Positions 1 through 14,755 are shown, counted from the first letter of the stretch. The stretch: 64,000 nucleotides of DNA from Zancudomyces culisetae HAW-14-8 (GCA_052426225.1 JBNJNM010000011.1:1736001-1800000), one strand, 5' to 3'. A program made the numbers and translations. The notes: generated by a model from the sequence alone, not told the origin.

Positions 1-67
1 AATGAATTTTGAATGTGAAAATAGTATCAATGAGAACGATGTATATTGCCACAAAACAGATTACTAG
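1..67 (+). CDS. possible 3' end of a gene cut by the window edge; resembles a CBM19-like C-terminus
   Basis: Frame 2 reads MNFECENSINENDVYCHKTDY*. The C...VYC spacing resembles the end of the neighbouring CBM19-like domain (VCRSNGQYSVYCGY). Too short to confirm. Confidence 0.2.
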   Translation, partial: MNFECENSINENDVYCHKTDY

Positions 68-283
68 CCAACATGCTCATACCCAAAACCTGAAAGTATA
101 GTCTTATATTAAATTTTAATATATACTCACTACTAATTTATGCTAGAAATATAATTCTGTACCCTCAAAAAAATATAAATACATGGTTCTGTTTCTAACA
201 AATCCTTTGTAAAAAAGACAAACGCTTTGTACTGATACACAAGCAGAAGATAAGAGGTTTAAAAAAATATTAAAATACTAAAA

Positions 284-1159
284 ATGCTAACCACATCTGG
301 AATATTGCATCTAACACTCGCTTCAATTCTCTTCAATAGCAAATATACAGCAGCTAACCATTTGACAACAGAAAATGTCAATGTATCTCAGTTAGAAAAT
401 CATTCCGTGCATCCCGACAATATGTTTCCATTTATTCCACAAGTAACTAGTATTAGAGATGTAGCAGTAGAAATAATGGAAGAACAAGAGGAAGAACAAG
501 AGGTTGACGAGTTTTTTGAGAATTTTAATGAGAATGACATGGTTGAAGAGGAAAGTATAGAAAAAATAATTGAAAATCTAGAAGGTATGGTACAAACTCA
601 AGCAAACGTAAGCCAGCCAGATCTGATGCTGCAAACTATGGGGCATAATAATACAGAACAGGCGGGTGTGGCTCACTTAGATATGGGTCAGGTACCAACA
701 AACCATACGAATGTAGATCTGGCCAATATATCCCAAGAAGACGGCATCCTCGGCGCAAACTTTACGCCCGAGTTAGTAGGTAAGTTAGAACTAGCATGCT
801 AATATGCGCATTTGTTTTGTTATGGAGGGAGATCATCTAATTGATGTTTTTTGGACGTCTATGGGTTAACTCAGAAACCCGGATGTTCACAATACTACTT
901 TTTTTCTAGTCATTATTTCGTATGTTTGTTGTTGCCTTTGAAAAACGCGATGTGGAAGTATACTAAAAAAAAACTATTAATACTGGTAGTTGGAGGAAAG
1001 TGCTCAGGTGTGATGTATTCTTGTGTTGGCCATGACCAACCGCAATATCTGCAGTGTAATTTCGATAGGTTTATTTTGATGGTATGCGGCCCAGGAACAG
1101 TATGTAGAAGCAATGGACAATATAGCGTATATTGCGGATACAGAGATTGTGAAGAATAA
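284..1159 (+). CDS. secreted protein with acidic stalk and C-terminal CBM19-like (chitin-binding type) domain; exons 284-779, 990-1159
   Basis: Hydrophobic N-terminus and E/N/Q-rich linker. GTAAGT donor at 780 and TAG acceptor ending 989 join in phase 1 to VGGKCSGVMYSC...QC...CGPGTVC...YCGY. The ORF track splits this into two ORFs. Confidence 0.8.
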
Positions 1160-1773
1160 AAAACGTTTCCAGTTATTTCTAGCACTTTTTTATATCACAA
1201 GTACCCAAAAAGAGTACGTGATGGTAGCACAAAAATATAAACGTTATTTTGGGGCATCTCACTTGCATCTGGTCGATGGTTAGTAGGATTGGGGGGTATA
1301 TTCTTTTTTATTATATCTATTTTACTAGATATATCAAGATTTGATTTACTTAATATCAGTAAAAAAAATACAAGTTTGTTACATTGCCATAAAAATGATA
1401 CTATTCCCTCATATTCAGTTTATAAAGTATTCAGTCATTTGTATCCACATTCCTTAATGCTGACGTGATGAATGTTTTGAGTGCTGTTTTTAGTAATAAA
1501 CTACGTTTAAAACGTGCAAACAATGGGAGGGTGTTTTTTATTCAAAGCCCATTTATGCATCTCCAAAAAGGGAGGAATCGTGTTTCTATAGTACCATAAA
1601 AACACTGTCAGTTCAAAGGAAAAAGAAAAGGCTTTCTGCCTTTTAAACACCGTTTTTTGGGGAGGAACGATGTCAATCTATTCAGTAAGCTATGTGGCAT
1701 GTACTTGGAAGTGCCTGAATGAGCTCAAATCGCAAATTAAAAACCAGATCCGAAAAGTTTGTAGTTTTTTCGG

Positions 1774-3686
1774 TTATGACATGACAACTGAGTGAATACC
1801 TGGATCTAATAACAGTTTCTTTCCATCTTCGAATATATCTACCAGTTTGTTATGATCTTCGATTGCATTTTCAAGCCTCCGCTTCAATTTTTCATTATCT
1901 TCGCGGTAAAAGTCATTGTCAATTAGTAGGCTCTTTATGGAGCATAGATAATATTCGCATTTTATACAGTGGTTGACCGGAGGGCCAGAGGATGCAAGGG
2001 TGGAGCCAAAAGTAGAGTAGGTATTATTATTAGAATTACTTTCGTCTGTATCCATATCAGTAGTAGACCTGAAACCTTCCGACATCAATGACAACTCCGA
2101 AGCCTTGGGATTTACATATTGGACGCAATTATTTTTGTAGCCTGCTGCTGAAGTGCAAACTGATTGATTGTCGTGCTTTATTGTTTGTAGCTCAAGAATG
2201 TTTCCCTCGTAAAAGTTATCCTTTAAATAGTGTGAAAATTTTATAGATTAATTTTAATTCAATAAACATGCCACATCAATACAAGTTGTGTATGAGGCAT
2301 ATAAAGGCGACACAAATGACTATACATAGATAGCAAAAAACTTACGATCTCGGCCTTTAACTCAAGGAAGGAGTCTACAAACTTTTTTTGGAGCGTGGAT
2401 CTGAATTTCTCAGAAAGCAACGGCTTCCTCCTGTTAAGCAAGCCAGTTTGATGTGAAAAGTTGACACTAAATGCCGGAGAGGATTGGTTCAGCTGGCTAC
2501 TGATAGCTTCAGAAACTACAAATAATAAGCAGAGGATATTAAAATATATTTTTAAGCGATTATAGAAACATATTATATACTAAAGTAGCACCACCACGGC
2601 CTTACAGTTAAATACTTTTGATTTCAACTCAAATAACTCAAGTTTTTTTACAACTTTAATCTCTTTGGCGCCTTTCAGGGTGGTGTGTGGTCGAGAGAGA
2701 GTCTGTCTATTATACAAAAAACCGCTTTCCGGGATATCATTAAAACTCTCTTTGTTTCTAAGCCTTGAATTCTCTCTCCTTAGCCTCGTATTCTCGCTAT
2801 TTAATATGTAGTGTACAAAATTTCATTTAGAGCAATCCCAATGTGAAAGTCGTAAGACCTTGCAACTCAATCTAACCACTTACTCTTCTATCTGTTTAAT
2901 TCTTTGTAACAGAAAGTTCCGCTCATTATTATAGGTACCTGGTGGAAAGATCTCGGTGTTATAGAATCCGTCAAAAGTATTTCCGTCAGATATATAGGTT
3001 GCTAAATCATCGATATTTTCCTTTTCAATAGATTTGGCTGCAAGAATCTCTTCAAGTTGTCTAACCCTTGCTTCCATTTTTCTGATTTTTTTTAAAAGAA
3101 GTTCATTGGCAGAATTTTCGAGGCCCTGCCGATTTAGCTGCTGGTAACCACTGGGCGTAAATTTACATTTCACGGCGGTAAATCCCAAATTCGCATCATT
3201 AGGTTTTTTTATAAACAATGGTTGAAAAAACTTGGAGTCCCCGCTTTTACGGCTTAGCTTTAACTTTTCCAGCCGCTCTAGAACTTCCACTGAATCGCTT
3301 CTTTTTGATCTTGTTCGAGGGGACCGCGCAGGTGTTGTGATATCTGTGAAAACTGCTGTCCCTTTTATTTGACTGGAAAATGACTTTTTAGGACCTGCGC
3401 AATCAATCTTCCTAGATGTCTTGCCATTATTTTGGACAGTTTCATTGTGTCTTCTTTTCGTTCCGCTTTTCAAGTCAGCACTCTCAAGATATGTCGGAAA
3501 AAGTATACCCTCACTTGAATTGTATGATAGTGAAAGTGGAGTTGGCCGTGGTAATAACGATTCCTTTGGAAGATTCTGCCTTGAACGCATTTCCTTTGTA
3601 TGGATTGTGGGTGTATATGACACATTCCCCCTCTCTTTACTGGGATTTCCGAAAACAGCCCCAGTGTTAGTTTTCAATGTATGCAT
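1774..3686 (-). CDS. hypothetical coiled-coil protein, about 536 aa; exons 3686-2884, 2796-2606, 2515-2346, 2220-1774
   Basis: Three GTAAG...AG introns join the ORF fragments with consistent phases (2, 1, 0) into a 1611-nt open frame. Heptad-like segments, several S/T-P sites and a late CxxC. Confidence 0.75.
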
Positions 3687-6600
3687 GACGCCTACAGATT
3701 GTTTATTACACGAGACGCTTGTATTGTCTCTTAATGATCGAATAAAAACTTAAATATATTTGCTTTTTTTACCACTACGGTATCACCGAATATCTACAAA
3801 GGCAAAAAATGGAATAAGCTTAATTGATGTAATATGTTTAGGAGTGTTGGTATATTCCATATTCCAAATAACATTTCTTGAATAAAAATTTTTTTGGCTT
3901 TATTTGGTAACTGTTGTTTTTGTTTATTTTATTTACACCTATCTTGTCTCAAGCCTTGGGTTTTTGTTCAATCAACATTTACTCCTTTGCAAAGTTAAAT
4001 TTAAATCCAGGTGTAAATTCAACTAAAATAGACGATTAGCAGAATAGAATTTGACATTTGGGTATTAGCGTAATAATTGGATATCAGTATTTACAAACAA
4101 TAAGTGTTTACTGAATCCATGTCCACTACTAGTGTATTAGACTACAGGCGATATCCTTCGCCTTGATAACTGTATGACCGAATTTTCAATATATTCTACT
4201 AGATTCTTGGCCACCATTTCTTTTCAACGATAAACGAGCTTTTTCAAACTCGTTTATATCACGGAATTTACAACTATACTTACACTTTTTACCCCTTTGA
4301 AACACCATGTAAACGTAGTTGCCAATTCAATATAGAATCAAACACTATGCCGTAAAACGTTATTTTGAATTCCCGATATTTGAAATGCAATGTCTAGTTA
4401 TGTAACACGAATAAAAAGATATTTTTGTACAAACAAATATTCTATTTTCGCACATGTTCTTAAATTAGGTTTAATATATTACTAATTTCTAAACCAATGT
4501 TCAATCCAATCGACAAGCTCTGGCCCAAGCTAGCTTTTATTTACAATTTATAATCAACACCCATTTATATGTTTATGGCAAAGTAATTTCAATGAGAGTT
4601 TGTTGGCTGTAAAATTTTCCAAAAAGATGACGTTTCTATATAAACAAAGCTCTAGATAGAGTATTTTTGTATCTTTCTCTTTTTGTCACAAAACAAAACT
4701 AGAGTTTAGTGATACACAAGTTCTGAGCCAACGAATTGTATGTATATATATGTATGTGTTTTGATGTAACCGGGTTATCGATAACAAATTATCACTACTT
4801 TACTGGGTCGGTGTGCTTTTACATGAGAATAGGTTAAATGTATACATCGTTATCCCCTTCCCACTTCTCCTCAAAAAAAAACTAGTCGTAAAAGTTCAAT
4901 GTTTTGCTATTGCTAATGTCGATGATTAAATCGTTAGTGTTATGCAATGTTTGAATATTTTGAAACTAGCACCCGGTTAGTCAGACAAGTGAGTACCAAC
5001 TATACGCACTCCTCTGCCCCTAATTCAAACGATTGCTTTTATGTGTATAAATACGCCTGCTTGTATACTGTGCTCAGCTCTAGTAGTAAAAATATTATTG
5101 TAGCGTAAATGTATGTATACGAGTACTTCTACAACACATGTTTTGTTGCTAAACACTATATTGAACATTAAGTGTACTCAATTTCAAAATTCTAGTAACT
5201 ATGCTGGAGTGCGTATTTACATGCTAAAAAAATATCTTGTAAAAATGACTTGTAAACATATTGGCTGCTTGTGAATACAACTAACACGCCATGTTATAAG
5301 CATTAAAATGTCAAATATGACTTAATTCTTACTCCAGTGCTTAACGAAGAAGAGAACGATTTCTATACCACGTCCATCAGTATTGGCTTGATTACTTTCG
5401 ATGCAATGTATAGTGTATCATTTAGCTAATTTTATTTATATTGCCAGTGTTTCTTTTGAAATACAGCGAGTTCATAAAATTGGTAAATGTTTTATTGCAC
5501 AAACAAATGAAGGCATATTACACATAATATCACCATGTCCTCTTAATTTACATTCATATGTTTAGTACTGTATTTCACCGTAAAAGAAATTCGTTGTTCA
5601 GCCCATTTGCAAAAATTATTTGAAGTCTGTCATGCCAACGGCACTGAGTATAAATCGGTATAGCTGTTATACTAGTAGGTACCTTGTTTATAGTGCTATT
5701 TCTCAGCTACAATAACCATTCTGGATGGGGGTAGAAATTCCAAAAATTAAAATATTCGATGAACTTTAAAGCAAATGCACTTTTCACCAAAAAAGAGGTT
5801 TCTTCGCCTAATAAAGACCCAACTAGTTTTTTTTTAAAAAATCAGTGTGGGACTTTGCATAGAATTTCAATTATACTGATGGCCGATATTTCTTGCATTT
5901 TAGTATAATTGTGGCTCCAAGTTGTTTTTTTTTTTAGTCTACTCATTTATTTGGTATAATTACTGATTCGTCGGCATCAAAGGATATACGTAGCCACTAA
6001 ATGATGTTAGCTTGTACTTTGGTATGCGACGGGTGATGGAAGTTGTGCTAAGGCTTATTTCACTTTTAAAATAAATGGCTACCTATGTCCCTTTTTTTTC
6101 TTTCCGGCAGGGCTGTGGTTTTTGAAGAAAACGATTGTGCAAATACCTATTACCAAATTGGCTTCGTTTTACAATGGTGGTTTTCTTTCCAAAAACATGT
6201 GACTGTATGTTAAAAGTGAAACATTCTGCTCTATGCGACTTTAATGTTGGTAAGGTGATGTAAATCATTAGCTGAAACCCGTCTTTTTACTATTTTTTTT
6301 TGGTTGATCCGCTCGCAGATCGTCAAGATATTGTATTAACTTGGATGATAACATCCTGACTTTATCAAGTTGCACTAAGGAGCTCAATAACTCTGTTATG
6401 GGCTAGAATTTTTTAATTGGCTAAACTAAAGTAAGGATCTGCAAAAAACAGTGAATATCACTACCTTTACTGATATTACAGTGTATATCAAGGGCCCTTA
6501 TGAAAAACTCATTTCTCTTTAAAAAACTCTAATATGAAGCATTGACTGGTTGTGTGATTGGTAAAAAAAACAGAAACCCCATATTTTATATAGATGAGAT

Positions 6601-7964
6601 TAGATATATACTGTTCTTTTTATGAATATCCTGAATTAATACTAGAAGATTGAACACGCTATTCTCCCTAAATAGAAAATAGTGGATAGTTCAGCAATAG
6701 TCAATGTCAATGATTTGGTAAAAGTTTAGATGGTTTGTTTTTATAACAAAACCTATGAAATTAATCGTCATCAGTGTTTTATGGTGTTAGGATTACTACT
6801 TTTTATATGTGGTAAATCAAGATATATAAATCTTCATATATTTTCCTTGAGAAAGACGAGAAATTCGAGTTAAATTAAATAAGAATATATTTGACACGTT
6901 TGCAAAATGAGGATCCCCTTATTATATCGGGTCAAGGATGTCATAATAATTAGTCACCGATGAATATTATGGGAAAAACAGTAATCATGCAAAAAGGGAG
7001 CTCTAATATAAAGTCTTTTAGCATAAAAAGTACCAGGGACTCAACTTTGAGTGTTGCGCATGACTTTTTACCCATATTGCGTACGTTCATTCATATTCAC
7101 AGCCAAAATACACGCATAACAAAGATACATACACCATTTATTCCCCCCCCCTTACTGTTTTGTATATTCATTACAAGCTGACGTGTACTTTATATGGTCC
7201 TACTCAAAGTAATACATTAGAAAATTTAAATAGCTTTTTTTGAGTTTTGTTTCAATCCAGGTTGATGGTATGAACATTTTTGGTTTATACCAAATTATTT
7301 TCGAGTCCAGAACAGAGACATTTTCATCACTCGTCCTTTTTACAGTCATTTCCTTAACATTGGTGTTCAAATGATATATATTGGTAAAAAACATGGGCTA
7401 AAACATGGCTAAAGCCCAGCGTATTAAAACAGTGCGAAATATCGTTATTGTGGATGCAGTGGCGAATATACTAAGCTTTCCCTTTCTTTTTTTCAATTTT
7501 TTGCCTTGTAAAAAAGGAGAAAACCAACATATGATGCGGAGAGTGGTTTGGATGTGCTGAATTGAAATGGAGTTAGTTCTTGAATGTCTCCTCTAGCCTG
7601 TTTTCAAGGAAATCCTTCCTATTAACCAACCAGGGACTGGTTTTTTCTCATTTCTGTAACAATATACGGACCAATCAGATCCAAAAATTTGGATATTGGT
7701 AGCCTCAGTTTATCAGCAGTTCTTGTTTTTTTTATTTCTGTTTAATTCAAAGTTTTGTTACAACTGCTATAGATCATCAACACACAAAGGATTATTTTTA
7801 GATGAAACTAGTTAAATTAATTGATACACCATTTTATTAGTAAGCGGGGCTTATTAAACTTGAATAAAGTCATTACTCAGAGTTATTGTTTATCTGTATT
7901 TAATATGGTACTTGATTCTTAGGTACATTTGTTGAAAAGGGTACCAGAGTATTTATTTTAAATT

Positions 7965-8026
7965 ACTCTAAAATGTACTATAAAATGTACCATAAATGTG
8001 CTATAAAATATACTATAAAATATACT
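7965..8026. repeat. degenerate ~12-bp tandem repeat (TACTATAAAATR), about 5 copies
   Basis: tactctaaaatg tactataaaatg taccataaatg tgctataaaata tactataaaata, followed by (GTGTAT)n near 8041. Confidence 0.7.
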
Positions 8027-10419
8027 GGTAATTGTAATGCGTGTATGTGTATGTGTATGTGAATGTGTGTATGGTATGTTTAGGACCGCTTCCTAGTGGA
8101 TATATATGCAAGCAAATGAAGAGATGAGTGAGTGGATGAATATATATATCTTTGTGATCCGTGTCAAAGACGCTTGAAATACTTTAATTTCTGTAAATTT
8201 GTAATAATGATTTTTATATTAAAGAGCTTGAACATTTGTAAATTAGCTAACGACAAACAAGTTGGGTTCTATAAAGGAGTTTTATTAAAGGATCATTAAA
8301 AAATAAACCACTATGAGGCTTTGTTTATAAGCTAAACCAGTGTTTGTAAACAATAGTTTAGCAATAACCCTAAGACTACGCTTTGCTTTAGTGTTATATC
8401 TATAACTCGATTTCAAAGACAAAACAACTTTAACAAATTTGCAATTTCAATGGGTGGTACAAGATGGTGGTGTTAAGAAATTCTGAGTGAATTAGCACTC
8501 GGCTATATTGTCCGATTGTAATCGAGAGTGAAAGTGAGGCAAAAAAAATAAATAGGACAAGACAAATTTCTTGCGTTTTTAGAATCTTAAAAGTTTATGA
8601 AAAAAGAAAACATTCATTTAAATGCTCGCCTATCAATACAAAGTTTACTTAACGGTGTTCTAGTCAAAATACCAACCAACTTGGTTTGCAAAGTGATTTT
8701 TTCCGCAAAATTGAAAAACTAATGTGCTGAATCTGGTAAATTATTACGTAGATTTTGGTAACACAAGCTACTAGAGCAAATTTTGTAATCTCGGAGAATT
8801 TGCCTGCCTCAAGCCAATTAGTAGTTGTTAATGGGATGGCACCCAAATAACCAATTTGCCAATCTTGCAGCTTTATAGGCAGGCTATTTCTTTTTTTTTT
8901 CACATTTTGCCCTAGGTGGAATATGTTGGAAGGGAGAGGGGAATAGTCAAGGTCTATTAGGCTAATTAATGCAGGAAAAAAAATTTTTTTTTTGCGTGGA
9001 ATAGCTGAAAAAAAACGCAATATTACGGTTTTAGGAACAAAAAAGAAATCAGTGGTTAAATCGATATATTGAATATTTTCACCTTGGTAAAATGATAAAC
9101 CCAATATTCAAATAATGTTTCGTTGAAAAAAAAAATGATGAACAGATTTAAGTAATTCATAGGTTGTGAGCTTTGTTGAAACATTAAAAAAAATTAAAGA
9201 TATACATGTAATTAAAGGTTATTCTAAAACTAGAAAAATTGTGAAATTAAAAACATGACAAAGCTTGCTGAAAGCAACAACTAAGCTTGTAGTTAAATTA
9301 GGTAAATTCCGCCGGAAAATGAGAAATAAAGGAGAGAATAGGTTAGTTTATAACACCTTATTAGATGAAATGTGAATAACTATTGAAAAGCAGAAATCAC
9401 AAAGTTTTTAGCGATAATCGTATACCGTCCATTTGATCATTTCATTGAAGGTTGTAAAGAAGACAGGTTATTAGCTCAAAGAAATTTCTTTGCATGTTTG
9501 TTTCTTTACAGTGGTGGTTCTTAGAGGAGATAGGTTATGGGTGGGTGGGGTGGAAACTTGAAAGGAAATCTTTTATCCATTTCAAATGTGTGATGTAAAA
9601 TACCACATCAAATTATGCCGTTTTTGTAAATAAAAAAAGGTGGGCTAAAATAAATGGGTAACTAAATTTTAATTACTTGTAAGTGGGCTGTATTACATCA
9701 GAGCGCTGTTTTTACTTTTTTTTTTATACCTTCTTTACTCTCTTAGCCATAGTTTCTAGTTTGGACTTATTTATATTCCTAGAAATTCCACAAAGGAAGA
9801 GCAAAATAAAATTTTTATTTAAATGTTCTTGAATACTCAGTAGACCTGAAACGCTCCTATATAGTTGTATGTGTTAGGATACATTTTAGTTCAATATTGA
9901 TTAGTTTTATGTGATACTTGCTCTGTCGTTACGAACATATCACGCTAAAGCTCGAGAGGTTGAAATTTTATAATTCCAGTTAAAGTAGAAGGTAAGACGC
10001 ACTGCTGTATAAATGGTTGTACTTTGTGCATAAAAAAAGTGTTAAACCTGCCATCTGCCCGAGGTCTTTATACCGCACGATGTTGTATCTCTAGTGCTTT
10101 GTCGTTTTCTTTCTCGAGAAAAGACAAGAAAATAGGATGTCAATAGCTATATAAGTCGATGTGTTATTGAATTTTTGCCTAACGAACCCTTCTCTTTTTT
10201 TTTTTACTTTTTTGAGAGAAGGGAGGAGAGGGAGCTTTTATATAACCGAACGATAATGTCTGAATGTTCTGGCAAACACTGCGACCTAGATATTTGTTGC
10301 AGTCACCAACGTGTCGATTGCTTTAAACTCTTATAACGTTAACAAGTAACTAAAAATATATACGTACTGTAAAATAGATAAAAAATAGAACTCTTGCTGA
10401 AAGTTAAATATATTAACTC

Positions 10420-12330
10420 ATGACCTTCAGAAAAATACTGGTAAGTTTTTGCGTTGAATATTTATCTTTGTTTTGATATCACACAAGTAAATGGGTGAAG
10501 GGTTTCTAATAAGGTAACTTAAATATAACATAACAGACTCGTGCAAGGATAGCGACAAGAGCATTCAGTAACAAGTCATGTAACAAGGGACAATTAACAC
10601 AGAGTAATGAGAACGAACCACTAGAGAGTGTAGCTGGGCTTGGCAACTTGAAATCCAACCTCGTTAAAGCCACAAAAAGAAAATTTTGTAATATAGAGTC
10701 AGAGGATGACAAAAAACAGAAAAAAATATCGCGGCGTCCACCGCTAAAGAAGAAAAACAGCAGTAGAATTTCAGTATATAGAGACGAATCCGAAGCAACC
10801 GAAGATCCTAGTACGGACGTTGCCGGAAAAAATATTCCAGTTGACGGTGGTAAAGAAGCTGAAATAGTAGAGAATCTTTCTGAAAAGATTAATAAAGTAT
10901 CAAAGCAGAAAGCACAAGCACATAGTGAAAGAATTTTGGCTCCACTGCAAGATCTGCATCATAGAAAACAGAATAATAATAACTCTAAAGAATGTAAAGA
11001 GATTCCATACAAAGATGCTACGAGATCTTTTTCAAGCAAAATGACATGTGTCTTGGATAACGAAACAAGTAATACAGATCTTGGAATTAAAAGCACAGTA
11101 TCGCTTCCTAGTAGTTGTGAAATAGATGAAACCATCAGGGATATAGCACCAGAGCATTCAGAACTATTTACCCAGCACACAGTCGTTGACTTTGTTTCTG
11201 GCCAAGGTATCTGTAAATCTGATTCTAGAAACAGCGTCAGTACAGTGCTTGGAACACTCTCTGAAGAAAACGCTATCATGAGCGCGTATGTAAAAGGTGT
11301 AAATGGGATATGTGCAAAAAACGCTGGTAACGACGCACAAACTCTAAAACCTTGCGTATCACAGGCATCAGTCGTTTCAACCACTACTGCTATTGAATCT
11401 GTTGACGCATACGAAACACTTGAAATTAATTTGGAGACTATTCGACAAGCATCCCTGTCGAAAAGTGAAAAAGATCTGTTGGCTAGAGAATGTCGCGCAC
11501 AAGAATGGGATGATCTTGATGCTGAGGATAAAGATGATCCGCTGATGGTCAGTGAGTATATTCCAGATATTATGAACTATTTATTTGAGACCGAGGCTCT
11601 TACTCAACCCGAAGCCGACTACATAGACAAACAAGCCGAAATCACTTGGCAAATGCGGGAGGTTTTAATTAACTGGGTTATCGAGGTTCACCACCAGATG
11701 GTGATGTTCCCAGAAACACTGTTTTTGGCGGTGAACCTAATAGACAGATTTTTATCCAAGCGATTTGTGGCTGCAAACAAACTTCAACTTGTCGGGATTG
11801 TAGCGTTACTCATCTCTTCTAAATATGAAGAAATGTCGACACTTTCCATAAAAGAGTTGGCATATGCAGCAAACAACTCATATTCTGAAAGTGAAATTCT
11901 AAGTGCAGAGAGGTTTATGTTGGGTGTTTTGAACTTTGACTTATCATATTCTGGACCCATGACATTTCTGCGAAGAGTTTCTAAAGCCGACAACTATGAC
12001 CTGATAAACCGCACCGTTGCAAAATATTTTTTAGAAATCAGCATAGTTGACCACAATTTTCTCAAGTTTCCACCCAGCTTAATTTCTGCATGCTCAATCT
12101 ACCTGGCCCGCAAAATGTTTAAGTCTGGAGATTGGAACGCCAACTTGGTTCACTATTCAGGATACTCGGAAGCTGAACTCCAGCCCTGTGCTGATGCTTT
12201 TATGGATTTTCTATTGCTTCCTTGTAAAAACGATGTTTTGCATAAGAAGTACAGCCACAAGAAATTTTATCGTGCTAGTCTGATTTGTAGAAAGTGGGCT
12301 CAAGATCATACCGCACAGAATTCTGATTAA
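10420..12330 (+). CDS. G2/M B-type cyclin; exons 10420-10440, 10537-12330
   Basis: Cyclin box MREVLINWVIEVH...ETLFLAVNLIDRFLS...LQLVG...SKYEE and the preceding WDDLDAEDKDDPLMVSEY motif typical of Cdc13/NimE/Clb cyclins. A short ATG exon splices in frame through GTAAGT...CAG. Confidence 0.95.
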
Positions 12331-13047
12331 CTGGGAAAGTATCAACCCGTTCAGCTATTCGGTGGCCACTTGATCTTTTGTTTTTGAGGCTTCTCACTTT
12401 CTTTAACGAGTGTACATTCAGAGGACTAAACGACCCCATTCACACCCGCAAGAAATTTGTCATTCATTTTGCTTGATGCAATCAACCCGAATATGGTTAT
12501 ATTTACAGCCAATTCCTATTTTTTTCTGTCGTACAGTTTTCCTGAACATATTATATCCTCACCGTGGATGTCTAAACGCTTTCGTTTTTATTACGCTATA
12601 TTATAGTACGCATCTTTCACGCCATATTGTATTTGTAGATTTAACGCCCTTGAATTATTCAGATATATTTCAATATTTCTTTTACTCTTACCTCCCTTTT
12701 GTTCTATAAACGCACGCATTTTGGTAATAAACCACCACTTCTCTCTACTAAACCTGGGAACACTTTGATAACAAATTCACAATGGTTTAGCCATGTAAGA
12801 CTTGGATAGTTAGTGACAGAAGCAAAAGCGTTCAAGTAGAACTGTGTCGCATAGTCGCTGTTTGTGCTAAGCACAGCATATCGTGTGTCTAAAATTATAT
12901 AAACCATACATACTTGTAAACACAGTGGTTAAATAGCTTACAGATGCCCCTATATCCAGAAATCCCCAGTCATCATTTGCTTAATTCACCAGTAATGTTA
13001 AAATTATTACTAGCAATTTTATTTTTTAAAAGCAAAATTTTTCAGTC

Positions 13048-13119
13048 GGTCCTATGGTCTAACGGTCATGACATTGGACTTTGAATCCAGTAGCCCGAGT
13101 TCGACTCTCGGTAGGACCT
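13048..13119 (+). tRNA. tRNA-Gln (anticodon TTG), no intron
   Basis: Acceptor stem GGTCCTA/TAGGACC, anticodon arm TTGGA-CTTTGAA-TCCAG, T arm CCGAG-TTCGACT-CTCGG, downstream T-run Pol III terminator. Confidence 0.96.
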
Positions 13120-14755
13120 CTTCTTTTTAATTTTTTTAACAGCTTTTTTAATCCGATTTGTATTGGTTACTGATAATGACATAGCACCAGTATGTGTTGC
13201 TTGCCTTTTTCACGTTTAAGCAAGTAAAAATAGCTTTTAGTACAAAGGCTGTTAATTTACCAAAATGGGATAATAGATCACTACCAACGATGAAGCTAGC
13301 CCAAAGTAGGCCGAGGTTTTCCCATATAGTAATTCTCAACGAATTTCAAGTTCATGTTCCTAAACTAAAAGAATATACACATCACCCAATTCTACCAATA
13401 TTCACAAATTGGGCAAAAATATCCCACATTTTTGATCCTATAAAAGGGTGATTCTCGGGAAATTTCCAAGTTTTGCAAAGGCTTTTTTCCTTAAATAACG
13501 GAATTTCAGATACCACGTCTTTAGTGACTAAAAAAGGGAAATAACAATACTTTTATTCCGATTTCTGATAAATTGTTTTAACGCTGGGAAAAATGATTAC
13601 AAAAAAAAAGTTAATATATTGTCAGGGACCAAAACAATCATTTGTGCTACTTGTAAATGCCACTTTCCCTAATTCTTTAAAATGGAAGGGCTTCCAAAAC
13701 CTTTTTCCCATAGCTTTTTTATTGCTTCGGATATTACTATTAAAGTAAATCATCGAGTTGTGGGGAGCGAATGTGAAACAATATGCTGACAAAAGGCGTG
13801 TCTTTTTGGATAATCCATTTAACGCTTTTTCTTTTAGTTTTCCATCATAATCTAGAGAATGTCAATTGTTCTGTGTAATAGTTTCGAAAGTGCCTTTAGT
13901 TAACGAAATATTTTTTTCTAGAAGTTTGCTGATATACAACAATCGCATAAAATATCATTGAATACCGGATAAAAATGATAGTCATATCACATGGTATGTA
14001 TTGAGTAAATATAATAGTGAGGCTATTGTATTACAATCGTTTTGACACAACTACAAGTGAATCCAGGTTGTGGAATTCTTGGACCAGTTTTGTGTTGTAT
14101 CTTGTTTTATGGACATAATTAGTGTTTTGTTTTCATTCACAATGTGCATTTTATCTATTATTTACTATTTTTTGTGGATTTTTGAAGTGTGGTCAGTTAG
14201 TAGAGACAATGATGCTTCTGGTAAATCAGTTATTTTTGTTACAGCATTGTGGCTATGATAGCACCAAAAAAAATAAAAAAATACAATACAACAAAAATGA
14301 TTGAATAAAACCGGGCGTAATGTAATCCAACTTATTATTCCATATCGTTAATACTTGAATTTGTGTTTATTGCTGTTTCATTATACTTGTAAAAACAAGT
14401 AGAGTGCTACCCGGTTTATGGCTTATGTATTGCTTAAACAAAAGAAAAAAACAATATACAAGACACAATACGTATATCCATTACATTCTCTAAACTAACA
14501 AAACCATGGTTGTGTTTGTTACAACAAGAACTATTTCTTGTTTTGCTTTTGCGGATATATCCCTAAAGTATACTTTTTATTTATCTTGGGTGTATGCCAG
14601 CATTTATATTATGGATATCATAGATTGAAAACTAGTATAAATACGTGTACAAAATCTCCAGAGTTAGACAAATACACAACATCTCACAAACATTTTCTTG
14701 CTTAGAAACAGCAGCATCAACATTTAAAAGACTTCGTAACACAAAAGTAAAAGCA

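Noticed and set aside
6001-6051. Short frame MMLACTLVCDG-TGA-WKLC that could be a CxxU selenoprotein motif (some early-diverging fungi use Sec)
   Set aside because: TAA follows five codons later; no thioredoxin-fold context, convincing splice partner or SECIS was seen.
7965-8026. Short repeat array considered as CRISPR-like
   Set aside because: Contiguous degenerate tandem units without spacers, in a eukaryotic genome.
8664-9104. 146-aa minus-strand ORF
   Set aside because: Non-ATG start, homopolymer-driven composition and no motif.
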